Below, piece after piece: positions 1 to 8,730 of a DNA stretch of 64,000 bases; positions within the stretch are counted from its first letter, which is position 1; each line of letters starts with the position of its first letter. The DNA lies in sequence record DRR378314_1813. One strand, given 5' to 3'. The position numbers and the translations under genes are program-made. Under the pieces are notes generated by a model. The model was not told the origin of the DNA, did no database searches, and saw nothing but the letters and a program-made list of their open reading frames with translations.

Positions 1-30
1 ACTCTAATCAGCGGTGCAACTGAAACAGGG

Positions 31-762
31 GTGTTTACAATATTGAGGAAAGCCTTCTTGGTCTTTATCAATGCCATAAATTCCGACGAGCTCATTGAGA
101 CCCTTCGGCAGACAGATATTTCGGTACCTGCCAGGACAAATGGTCGGAAAACAGAGCACTGTGAACTATGGTCCATATGCCGTTTTTTGGCGACCTTTGC
201 CAATACGGACCATATTTGCTTCCCACTAAGTATCGACCATAGGGACAGGCCGGATTTTCTGATGAACGTTGGTAGCAGCACTATAGGTGTTGAAATTACC
301 GAGGCCGTGTCGGAAAACGCTGCCGCAATGGACGCATACAGAGAACACAACGGCATTGATGGTCCTTTCCCAATGGTGCATCACCACCCAGAAGATGACC
401 GGCTGCGTGGAAGCCAACTTGCCGAAGCCGCGAGTACGCGGGAATTTGGCCCCGCATGGGCTGGAAATGCCTCCGAGAGAGAGTGGGTAGAAGCTATGCG
501 TGCCTTTATAAAACGCAAGGTTGATAAGGCTGATAAACCCGGCTTTGACAAGTACTCGAAAAATTGGCTGCTGATCTATGATTGTTGGTCGGTTCCCGCT
601 TTGGACCGAGATTTGGCAACGAAGATGTTATTTGAGTCTCTAATCGCTACAGACTTTGGTCATTTTCACGCTGTATTTATTGAGTCTTCAAATTTTATAT
701 GGGCATTCCGGCCAGAAACTTATGACGCTTTTCCAATCAATGACCTCTGGTACGATAGCTGA
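31..762 (+). CDS. Hypothetical protein, possible PD-(D/E)xK nuclease-like fold
   Basis: 243-aa ORF; DRPDF...GVEITE resembles the PD-(D/E)xK core; start uncertain. Confidence 0.5.
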   Translation: MFTILRKAFLVFINAINSDELIETLRQTDISVPARTNGRKTEHCELWSICRFLATFANTDHICFPLSIDHRDRPDFLMNVGSSTIGVEITEAVSENAAAMDAYREHNGIDGPFPMVHHHPEDDRLRGSQLAEAASTREFGPAWAGNASEREWVEAMRAFIKRKVDKADKPGFDKYSKNWLLIYDCWSVPALDRDLATKMLFESLIATDFGHFHAVFIESSNFIWAFRPETYDAFPINDLWYDS

Positions 763-780
763 CATGTCACCCTTCGTTCA

Positions 781-844
781 GCGTTATCGCTCCGTCCGAA
801 TGTCCGCTTTGCGGCCACACCCAACTTCGCTCTTAAGTCAGCAA
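781..844 (+). repeat. Dispersed ~64-bp element, copy A (GCGTTATC-N10-AATGTCCGCTTTGCG...)
   Basis: Aligns without gaps to 3100-3163; 36/46 identical over the distal part by my count. Confidence 0.65.
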
Positions 845-1060
845 GGCATCTCCAATAGCCATGAAATCCACGCTTGGTCGGTTAGAGTCTTCATATGAGT
901 TCCTCTGGAGGGGCAGGGCGCCTATCGGTGCCGGCGCTGACAACAAGACTCATGACAAGTGGGCTGAAAATTTTAACCTGTCAGGTACGCAAAACAGGGA
1001 ACACCCGAGGCGTTTGAACAATGAAAACGACTGCGCTTTAAAGTTCATTCGGTTGCTGGA

Positions 1061-1858
1061 CTAACCAACATACTTATACCCGGCATCCTGCAACGCTTCC
1101 TTCAGTGACTCTTCCGGAGGCTCTTCGTAAATGAGCGTTGTTGACGGTGAAACATGGCCAGCGATTTTTTGAGCGACTTTAACTGACTTCTTTTGTTCAT
1201 GAATGATATTCGTCATTAACGTCCTCCGGCCGCTGTGGGAGCTGGATCGCTCAATACCTGCCCAATGTCTCTGCATGAGAGCAAAGTGTTCCTGGAGAGT
1301 ATTGGGAGAATAGGCGCCTCCTTTTTGAGTCAGGAATAGAGGATCCGTCCTTTTCACTGAGGGTTGTGCTGCCAGGCGGATCGCAAGGTGATTTTCTATA
1401 GCCGTTCTCAGCGCAACGTCATTCATCGGAAGATCACGTGATTTACCACGATGTTTTTTGACCTCAGGATAAAAATCCTCCGGCTTGATCTCGGCACCAG
1501 CCTTGACCATGGTTTCAATTCGCTGAATAAGCTGATGGAAATCGTGGACACTAAAACTGATTCGACGCCGCTGGTACGTGGATTTGGATCGCTTTAACGC
1601 ATCGGCACCTTTAGTGTAGGCCGCAGGCAACGCCAGAATTTCTTTAAGCTTGAACGAGCGCTGACCAGAACTTTCAGGGCCGAGCTCGGCGACGTCCTTG
1701 ATCTGAAGAAGCGCGATCTCCTGAACTCGCAGTCCAAGCTTGAAGCTGATCTGAACCAGCGCCGTGTTCTTTTCCGGGTAGCGATGCTTCTGGATAACAC
1801 CTAAGAGGTGGGCGAACTGTTCGGGCGTGAGCACGCGTGCCTGGCCGGTTTTGCTCAT
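1061..1858 (-). CDS. Tyrosine recombinase, catalytic domain only (FimB/FimE-like architecture), copy 1
   Basis: 265 aa from MSKTGQ; GLRVQE (R), YTKG (K), HSGRR (HxxR), AGH, TLIY (Y); start chosen by agreement with copy 2. Confidence 0.9.
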   Translation of the reverse strand: MSKTGQARVLTPEQFAHLLGVIQKHRYPEKNTALVQISFKLGLRVQEIALLQIKDVAELGPESSGQRSFKLKEILALPAAYTKGADALKRSKSTYQRRRISFSVHDFHQLIQRIETMVKAGAEIKPEDFYPEVKKHRGKSRDLPMNDVALRTAIENHLAIRLAAQPSVKRTDPLFLTQKGGAYSPNTLQEHFALMQRHWAGIERSSSHSGRRTLMTNIIHEQKKSVKVAQKIAGHVSPSTTLIYEEPPEESLKEALQDAGYKYVG

Positions 1859-1891
1859 CGGATAAGCTCCTGGTAAGCCGCTCGGATAGAC

Positions 1892-2034
1892 GACCACACA
1901 AAGTACTAAACGTCTGCAACGAAATATCAGTACCTTACCGACCAAAATCCACACAAAGTACTAAAAATACTTAAAGTAAATTCTAGAATAGGGCACTAAT
2001 GCCGGTTTCCACGCAAAGTGCTAAATTCGGCGTC
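1892..2034 (+). repeat. Composite site 1: three 17-bp boxes + IHF site + conserved core
   Basis: Boxes at 1894, 1949, 2009; TATCAGTACCTTA 1925-1937; ACTTAAAGTAAATTCTAGAATAG 1969-1991. Confidence 0.9.
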
Positions 2035-2548
2035 CGACTCAGAGTTCGGAATAGTCTCGCTGGAACGGAAAGATTGGAGGCGAGCAACAAGCCTTGTTCG
2101 CAGGGGACGCAATTAAACACAAGCGAACTTTTGCAGCGCCCCAAATTTCCGACTTTTATTCCGCCTCGAACGGTAAAAACCAGCCCGTTAAGAATCTGGT
2201 AACCGGAGGTGTACTGACTGAGGGTCTGGTTCGCATGTTTCGTCAGATCCCGCGCTTCAGAATAGCGGCCGTGCCAACCGGCTAGCCCGTACGCAGCTCC
2301 TGATCTGGCGGGTGATCGCTGACAGTTCCTTGTGAGCTGGGCCCCTGTGCGGCTCGAGACTGGAAAATGCGGCATTTGCGGGGTAGTCTGAGTTAAATCA
2401 CCGTAAGGAATCGGCCAATGATGGATATAACGCGGCTAATGTTCACTGGTGCTGAGGTCCATCGGCAGCCAGCCTCACCCTTCCGAGCCTTGCCTCCTGA
2501 TTACTTTACCCTTATCCGTCACCTGACAGCTTCGGTGCCGGCGGCTTA

Positions 2549-2607
2549 GCCCAACAGACATTTAAAGGTCATGCTGCGCACGACCATTAAATGCTTAGGT
2601 GTTAGGT
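2549..2607 (+). other. attC-like site (imperfect) upstream of cassette
   Basis: GCCCAAC...CATTTAAAGGTC/GACCATTAAATG inverted repeat...GTTAGGT; 59 bp; right-hand spacer non-canonical. Confidence 0.6.
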
Positions 2608-2688
2608 GCCAAATGGAATTGGCACTCTGGAAACTACATTCAAGAGTTATGGACAATTTTTGAGTGATTAATTTTCGGAGAGTGTGAC

Positions 2689-3048
2689 ATGACTGACAAA
2701 GTGATCGAAGAAATAAAAAGGCAAATGATTGAAGAAGGAGGGTTAAGTGAAGAGGATGTATCCGGCATTAGTCAGGATTTGCTAGATGAATACGAACAGA
2801 AAGCTGTTGAGGACGACCGCAACAAAGACAGTTCAGCAGGTGCAGAGGTATTAAGGACAAACCAGGTAAATGACTTGGTTGTTACAAGAAGAGATGGGAA
2901 ACCGTGCTGGTACTATCGGGATTCTGCAGGCAGCCAGTGTGGTCGAGATCGGTATTGGTATTACTTTGTAGGTAGAGGAGACAGTTATGTGCGATCCGGT
3001 ACGTGTCCCCAAGGCTATCCTTGGTATACGTTGCAGCAGTACCACTAA
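2689..3048 (+). CDS. Integron-cassette-encoded hypothetical protein
   Basis: 119 aa with GGAGAG RBS; lies between two attC-like sites. Confidence 0.75.
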   Translation: MTDKVIEEIKRQMIEEGGLSEEDVSGISQDLLDEYEQKAVEDDRNKDSSAGAEVLRTNQVNDLVVTRRDGKPCWYYRDSAGSQCGRDRYWYYFVGRGDSYVRSGTCPQGYPWYTLQQYH

Positions 3049-3053
3049 ATCGC

Positions 3054-3108
3054 ACCTAACAAGAAAATTCAGGTGACGCCTTTGGCGCACCTGATTTAGG
3101 CGTTATCC
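3054..3108 (+). other. Integron attC site
   Basis: ACCTAAC-AAGAA-AATTCAGG-TGACGCCTTTGGCGCA-CCTGATT-TAGGC-GTTATCC: R''/L''/L'/R' layout with two extrahelical bases. Confidence 0.85.
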
Positions 3109-3163
3109 TCAAGCCTCAATGTTCGCTTTGCGACCAAACCTAACCTCGTCCTTTAGTTACCAA
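3100..3163 (+). repeat. Dispersed ~64-bp element, copy B
   Basis: Homologous to 781-844; overlaps the attC crossover GTT. Confidence 0.65.
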
Positions 3164-3298
3164 CACATTGACCTGCCTCCAACTTTCTAACTCTTTATGA
3201 TCAGAGTAGGCTAATAAAAAAAGGCACTCAGCGTTCGGGTTAACCTGACTCGCCCACACGCAGAATCGAATCATACGGAGATTGGCTTGTACCCACTC

Positions 3299-3667
3299 AT
3301 GAAAGCACTAGTTTACTTGTATGATCGATTGGCTGGAGTGCTCGAGAGAGAGGCCAATGGCTGGGTCGTATTCACCTATGACAAGGAATATGCCGCAATG
3401 TCAGGGCCCCCTCTAAGCTTAAGCTTGCCGGTGCGTCAGGAGCCATTTCGAACAAAAGGGCTTCCAGCTTACTTTCAGGGACTTTGTAGCGAGGGGTGGC
3501 TCCGGCGAATCCAGTGTTTCGAGCAAGGAATCCACCCGAAGGATGATTTCACTCTATTGGTACTGAATGGCCTTGATTGTGCTGGGGCTGTCAGCATCAA
3601 GCCACATTCAGAATTGCTCTCCATCGATAACAGCTCCTCAAGCCGCTACGATGCAAGGAGAGGGTAA
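3299..3667 (+). CDS. HipA N-terminal domain protein (HipS-like)
   Basis: LAGVL..FTYD..PLSLSLP..LPAYF..SEGWLR..DCAGAVSI pattern; no kinase domain. Confidence 0.85.
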   Translation: MKALVYLYDRLAGVLEREANGWVVFTYDKEYAAMSGPPLSLSLPVRQEPFRTKGLPAYFQGLCSEGWLRRIQCFEQGIHPKDDFTLLVLNGLDCAGAVSIKPHSELLSIDNSSSSRYDARRG

Positions 3668-3680
3668 GGATAAAATGGAC

Positions 3681-3823
3681 GACCACACAAAGTACTAAAC
3701 CCTTGCAGCGAGAAATCAATAGGTTACAGTGGGATTTCCACACAATGTGCTAAACAAACTTAAAGTAGTTTCTAGAATAGCCCGCCAGTTCGCAATTCCA
3801 CACAAAGTACTAAATTCGTCGGC
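3681..3823 (+). repeat. Composite site 2
   Basis: Boxes at 3683, 3738, 3798; AATCAATAGGTTA 3714-3726; core 3758-3780. Confidence 0.9.
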
Positions 3824-4008
3824 TAGGTCAGGGTCACGCCCAAGAGTGCATCTGGTATTCTGCCACCCAATCAAACCGAGGAATTAAAACGGTGCTGGGC
3901 TTATCCCGGTGCTGTAGACACTCCGGGCCTATTAAAAAAGCGGTGATCAGAAGTAGAATTTTCAGTAAAACTCATGGGAAAAGTGGTATCTATGAAGCCG
4001 AGGGTGGC

Positions 4009-4146
4009 ATGGTCCACACCAAGTTCCGGAGGAGGCTCTCTTTGGCTGAAGAAACGCACCGCTATCAGCAGTTGGAGCACTGGCTACTGCGAGGCATCAT
4101 TGAAGGGCGCTGGAAGCCGGGTGACCGCCTGCCATCCAGTTGTTAA
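4009..4146 (+). pseudogene. Truncated GntR-family wHTH regulator fragment
   Basis: RYQQLEHWLLRGIIEGRWKPGDRLPS followed almost immediately by a stop. Confidence 0.65.
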
Positions 4147-4662
4147 TTTCAAAGGAATGTAAGACTTGCGACTTCCAGAAATCAGGAGCTTATAGGCGAG
4201 TTTTAAATAGCGAAAATTTGAGCTGCAAATTCTTCATGCGATTTCCTGCCTGTTTTTCAAAATTAGGTGAGACTAATTTGAAAAGCATGCTGTAGTCGTC
4301 TGATTTGATTATTTAAATTTTAGTATTTTATAGCAGCGCGAATGCCAACTGTAAAGGACCCCGCGCTTATTCAGGGGGATTACCATCCCAATCTTGCAGT
4401 TTGGCTGGACTCTCTGCGATAGCATAAATTTCAGTGTCAGCTATATTTCAATGTAGGGCATCTGTGAAAGCCACTCACAGAACAAGGTTATCGACTCTCA
4501 GCATGTAGAGTTTAGAGTTTAATTTCTATTTTTGATGCCGATAATTATAAAATAAGTAGCGGAATACTAAATGACTTTGCAGGGCGCATATTTACTAAGA
4601 GCCTGGCATAATGATTTTTTATTAAATTGCGTTTTATGGATAAATGAAGAAAGGACATAATC

Positions 4663-5037
4663 ATGCATACGGAAGATGGTTTGTTGGACGTGGAGCAGGT
4701 TTCAATTGATTTTAAGGAACGGTATGGGCTTGAAGTTACTCAACCTGCAATGGAATTAATAAGAATCTTAATTTCTTCATATACCGAAGATGTGCCTGAG
4801 AGTTGGCAAATGATAAGCTCATACCTCCAGTTAGATTATGAAGAAGAAAGGACCTTGTTATTAAATAAGCGTTATTATGTTGAGGAAAATATAATTATTT
4901 TGATTAGGTCGATTGCTCTATACAATGAGTGTACTGAGAGAGTCAGTGTTCCAGATATCGTTCACTGGCTATCGTTGGAAGAGGTCCAGTCCATGCTGAA
5001 GCCCTTTCCAACAAGGGTTCCTCGAGAAGGGGGTTAA
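4663..5037 (+). CDS. Hypothetical protein
   Basis: 124-aa AT-rich ORF with AAGGA RBS; abuts next gene. Confidence 0.6.
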   Translation: MHTEDGLLDVEQVSIDFKERYGLEVTQPAMELIRILISSYTEDVPESWQMISSYLQLDYEEERTLLLNKRYYVEENIIILIRSIALYNECTERVSVPDIVHWLSLEEVQSMLKPFPTRVPREGG

Positions 5038-5039
5038 CA

Positions 5040-5432
5040 ATGATTCTTTGGCAAAGTGTAATTCATGAGTATTCAAAAAATATAGTGACTTTGTCGACAG
5101 CATTTTTAGCCTTGACCGTTTCTTTTGCTAGCAATCTTCTTCAGTTTGCAGACGAATATCGATGGCTTTTAATTGTGTCATGGATATTTTTTGGGATCGC
5201 AGTAATTCTTGCGTTATTGACCTTTGGCTCTCTAACTAAATATCTTATGGATGAAGATAAAAAAGCAGGAGATAGGGCATTATCATTATGCAATTTTTCT
5301 TTTTGGTCGGTAATGATTGCTATATCTTGTTTTACTGTTTTGGCGGTTTTGGCGTCAATTAACTTCAATCCTCAGGGCGTTGAAAATAACAATAATGACT
5401 CTACACACGAAACCTCGGAGGTCAAAGCCTAG
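5040..5432 (+). CDS. Small membrane protein (about 3 TM)
   Basis: Three hydrophobic stretches. Confidence 0.65.
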   Translation: MILWQSVIHEYSKNIVTLSTAFLALTVSFASNLLQFADEYRWLLIVSWIFFGIAVILALLTFGSLTKYLMDEDKKAGDRALSLCNFSFWSVMIAISCFTVLAVLASINFNPQGVENNNNDSTHETSEVKA

Positions 5433-5463
5433 GTGGCCAAGCTCGCCCGGTTCAAGCAACATG

Positions 5464-6075
5464 TCACATCCACGAGCGCGTCCCGTGCGGCCAATTCTTT
5501 TTCCTTTTTTGGCATTCAGTTCTTGACCGGATAGTACCCCCTAATAGAAGACCACATTCTTGACATTTCTGAGGCTTCTTTCGTGTCAACTCCATTTCCT
5601 CGGATCTCTCCGATGGATCTGGACTTTGTTCGACTACGCTGATTGTTCCGCCGCTTTCCCGCTCCAGTTCATCAGGCTTTTCGGGGCTATCACAACGTTT
5701 TCGTTCATTCTGATCCGTAGTCGTAACTGGGTTCTCTCTAGTCTTGTGATCTGCAGAGCTTAGATTTCCATCATTGGGTAACATGGATTCATTCATAAGA
5801 ACCGTTAATCTGAGATTTTTCTGATAATTTAAAGAAGCGATAACCTGATCAATATCTTCCCCTGTCGGACGTCTTTCGCAAGTAGGATTCGTAAGTGGCT
5901 GGATAAACTCTTCATTTTTTACCCGTTTATTGATATTCAACTGCTCATCGATACTTTTCTCACTGTTCAGAGAGGTTCGGTTGCTTGATGTAATAAAGTA
6001 AATGAATTGGTTAAGAATTTTCATTATAAAAATTTGAACTCCTTTGGATGGGAAAACAGTGTAGTCGCTGACCAT
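5464..6075 (-). CDS. Hypothetical protein
   Basis: 203-aa ORF, no recognisable motif. Confidence 0.4.
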   Translation of the reverse strand: MVSDYTVFPSKGVQIFIMKILNQFIYFITSSNRTSLNSEKSIDEQLNINKRVKNEEFIQPLTNPTCERRPTGEDIDQVIASLNYQKNLRLTVLMNESMLPNDGNLSSADHKTRENPVTTTDQNERKRCDSPEKPDELERESGGTISVVEQSPDPSERSEEMELTRKKPQKCQECGLLLGGTIRSRTECQKRKKNWPHGTRSWM

Positions 6076-6203
6076 GTTTCTCTTTAAGGGGGAAAGTCTC
6101 AGTTTTAACAGCTGTTTCTGAGCGGGACAGGAGATATACAGTAGGCTTTAACTATAAAGGTACACTTTCTGTTGCGAACGCATATGTTTATGGTTGTGGG
6201 CTT

Positions 6204-6497
6204 TTGCAGGCGTTTGATGTCCGTCAGGTATTCTATTCAGAAATGCCCGATGGCTCGGATTTTTGGGAAAAGCACATTGATTCTGAGCATGATTATGACC
6301 AGGTTGATTCGGAACGCGTAGATAAGCTTCTGTCAGAGCGAGGTGTCAGTGAGGATGACATTATGCTTTTGAAGCTTTCCCTGTCAGGCTGGAGTTATGT
6401 CGATCTTGCAAACAAGTACGGGGGGACGCCGGACAAATACCGAGTGAGAGTTGGTCGAGTGCTTAAAAAGGCCAATATCGATAGCGATCTGCTGTGA
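6204..6497 (+). CDS. Small protein with C-terminal sigma70-region-4-like HTH
   Basis: LSLSGWSYVDLANKYGGTPDKYRVRVGRVLKK; start uncertain. Confidence 0.55.
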   Translation: MQAFDVRQVFYSEMPDGSDFWEKHIDSEHDYDQVDSERVDKLLSERGVSEDDIMLLKLSLSGWSYVDLANKYGGTPDKYRVRVGRVLKKANIDSDLL

Positions 6498-6747
6498 GGC
6501 TATGTCTTTAGCTCGTTAGAGCGCTTGGCTGAAACCTTCGGTCAATGGGATAGCCAACCCAAAGAATTGATCTTTCGTGAGTTTCGGCACATAGCCTTTG
6601 CGCGAAGGGCAGCCAAGTGGCATGGATACCCGAATGAAGGAACCTCTTAACGTAAAATCATTACCACTTGAGCCAACGAAGGTGAAAGCCGCTTTTGGTT
6701 CCAGATTCTTTTGGTAGATGCCATCAGATGTGAAACGCTACCGTTGG

Positions 6748-8649
6748 TCATGTCGGAGTTGGGCACGCATGCACTCGAGCCAAGAGTATAGCCAATAAAT
6801 CCTTGACTCCAGTCGCGGGATAATGACGTTCGTCACCTGAGGATCGGCTCAATGTGGGCTCGCTGAGAAAGATGGCAGTTAGAAGAGACCCATGTGTTGA
6901 CCTAAAGGAAAAGCTGTCCATATCTCGGAACTCATCCAAATTGAAATCAACGTCAGCAATTGCAAGCTTCGCTCGCCCCAGGTGCAAGTTTGCTATTGGG
7001 AAAATAACGCCATTAGAGAGTTTTGTTATTTCTAACCTAAGCTTCACACTGGAATTCTCTAACCAACAAGTACCTCCAGAAGAATAACAACCGTAGTTCC
7101 ATCCATTGGAACTGAGAAGTTGCTTGTCCACGGATATCCCAAAATCTTGGGTAAAGCTACAATCATCATCCAGACTTTCAAGAAGAATATTGCTAAATTC
7201 AATTTCTTTTCCATTGTTATCATATTTATCGATTACTACCTGTGTTTCATTCTGGAATATCCTATAGCCATCGATTAGATATCCTTTTCTATACTTTCCT
7301 AAAAATGAGATTCTAGCAAAGCTATTTTTTGAAAAAGAAGCCTTGAGCTTCACTTCTTTTGGGGCAAAGTCCCCCGATTGATCCCAGCTTGTTATGGTCG
7401 AACTCTGGATTATATCCCCATCTGGAGTTTGAGAAATTTCATTTATGGTCCTAAAAACCTCGCCACTCTTCATGTATTTCGCATTGAGTAATTTTTCGGT
7501 TTCGGACACAAATATTCCAGTCCTGCGTATTCCACTATAAAGCCCATCGCAGTTAAAGTCTCCTGAATCGACGATAACCTGATTTTCGTCATACCAACTT
7601 CTATAACTATAGCTTCCATCGCCCGCCATGCAGAATTGAAAAGGTCCAATATTTTTTCGGTTGCCAGAAGAGATATTACCCGAATATTGACCATAGCCTA
7701 GATCAATTTTTTTGCATTTTCCGGATTCTAAAATACCCTCTTCAAATTCTACCGACTCGCAATTAATTCGCTCATGCGCATAAAGTCGACCAACGCCATG
7801 AGGAAGGCTATTTTTGACGGGGCCATGGAATTCGATTTCTTCCTCTTTGTCATAAGAAAGAAAGGTTAATTTTGCGTTTTCAGAGTTCACTAAGCCTTGA
7901 TTGTCAATTGGCCCAGAATATCTCATCCATTCATAGTAATTTGGCTTGTAAAGAGTCTCCGGTAATCTTAAGAGCGTACGATCGTTTGCACTGCTGTAAA
8001 AGATGTGCGACTGCTTACCTGACTCTCTAAATCCATCAGAGAAGTAATATGAAACGTTATATCCCTTTGCCGGCTCTAATTCATTAACTATCGAAAAAGA
8101 TGTTGAGTTCTGGGGAAAAGAAAATTCGCCATTTAACACCTCATGTCCTGTGTCCTTTCGATTAAGATTTAGGTTAATCATTGCATCTAAAGGGTAAGGC
8201 TTTTCAAAGTTTAAAATAGCGGACCGATCATCCGTATCAATGTTTTCTAGCGTTGGTGTCGGTAAAGGTTCCAGTAGCAATACAAACCAAGTCCCTTTTA
8301 AGAAATCCTTGTCCACGACCTTTTTTACTAGCACTGCTGAGAAAGAAATAGTCACAACGGTCAAGGCAATTATAAGGATAGTTAAGAATATGTGTCGATA
8401 AACACCGCCGTCTTTCCTTAATCGTTCAATTCCAATGAAACAGAGCACCAGAAGAAAGAATAGTGCTACCCCTTCAAGAAGGACATCGGTATTCGGCGAA
8501 AAAAATAGAGCAAAAGCTACCCAATAGAATACTAGGGCGACGCATTCAATATAATGTCGTATTTCTAGTTTAGGTTTGAGGTTCGGTGCAGGGGGGAATA
8601 CCCCTGATCCACCGTCATTTTCTTTTTCAGAATGGTTAATTTTAAGCAT
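6748..8649 (-). CDS. Membrane-anchored hypothetical protein (N-terminal TMs, beta-rich soluble part)
   Basis: 633-aa AT-rich ORF; 3 hydrophobic helices; MORN-like PHGVG/YSG motifs. Confidence 0.7.
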   Translation of the reverse strand: MLKINHSEKENDGGSGVFPPAPNLKPKLEIRHYIECVALVFYWVAFALFFSPNTDVLLEGVALFFLLVLCFIGIERLRKDGGVYRHIFLTILIIALTVVTISFSAVLVKKVVDKDFLKGTWFVLLLEPLPTPTLENIDTDDRSAILNFEKPYPLDAMINLNLNRKDTGHEVLNGEFSFPQNSTSFSIVNELEPAKGYNVSYYFSDGFRESGKQSHIFYSSANDRTLLRLPETLYKPNYYEWMRYSGPIDNQGLVNSENAKLTFLSYDKEEEIEFHGPVKNSLPHGVGRLYAHERINCESVEFEEGILESGKCKKIDLGYGQYSGNISSGNRKNIGPFQFCMAGDGSYSYRSWYDENQVIVDSGDFNCDGLYSGIRRTGIFVSETEKLLNAKYMKSGEVFRTINEISQTPDGDIIQSSTITSWDQSGDFAPKEVKLKASFSKNSFARISFLGKYRKGYLIDGYRIFQNETQVVIDKYDNNGKEIEFSNILLESLDDDCSFTQDFGISVDKQLLSSNGWNYGCYSSGGTCWLENSSVKLRLEITKLSNGVIFPIANLHLGRAKLAIADVDFNLDEFRDMDSFSFRSTHGSLLTAIFLSEPTLSRSSGDERHYPATGVKDLLAILLARVHACPTPT

Positions 8650-8730
8650 GTTGTGCCATCCAAGGATTTGATTTTTCAGCGCCGTTGGAACATCAAATAG
8701 TCGTAGTTGGGGATCATCAGGATGCTGACT

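Noticed and set aside
1859-1954. N-terminal extensions of the recombinases in the ORF track (also 36844-36996)
   Set aside because: Not conserved between paralogs, and they run through site 1 or dif.
1964-1991. Site core as a dif/pdif-like XerCD site
   Set aside because: It can be written as 11-6-11, but the right arm TTCTAGAATAG does not match the XerD arm TTATGTTAAAT.
1894-2025. Triple 17-bp boxes as a mini CRISPR array
   Set aside because: Repeats too short and non-palindromic, spacers share conserved motifs between copies, and no cas genes are present.
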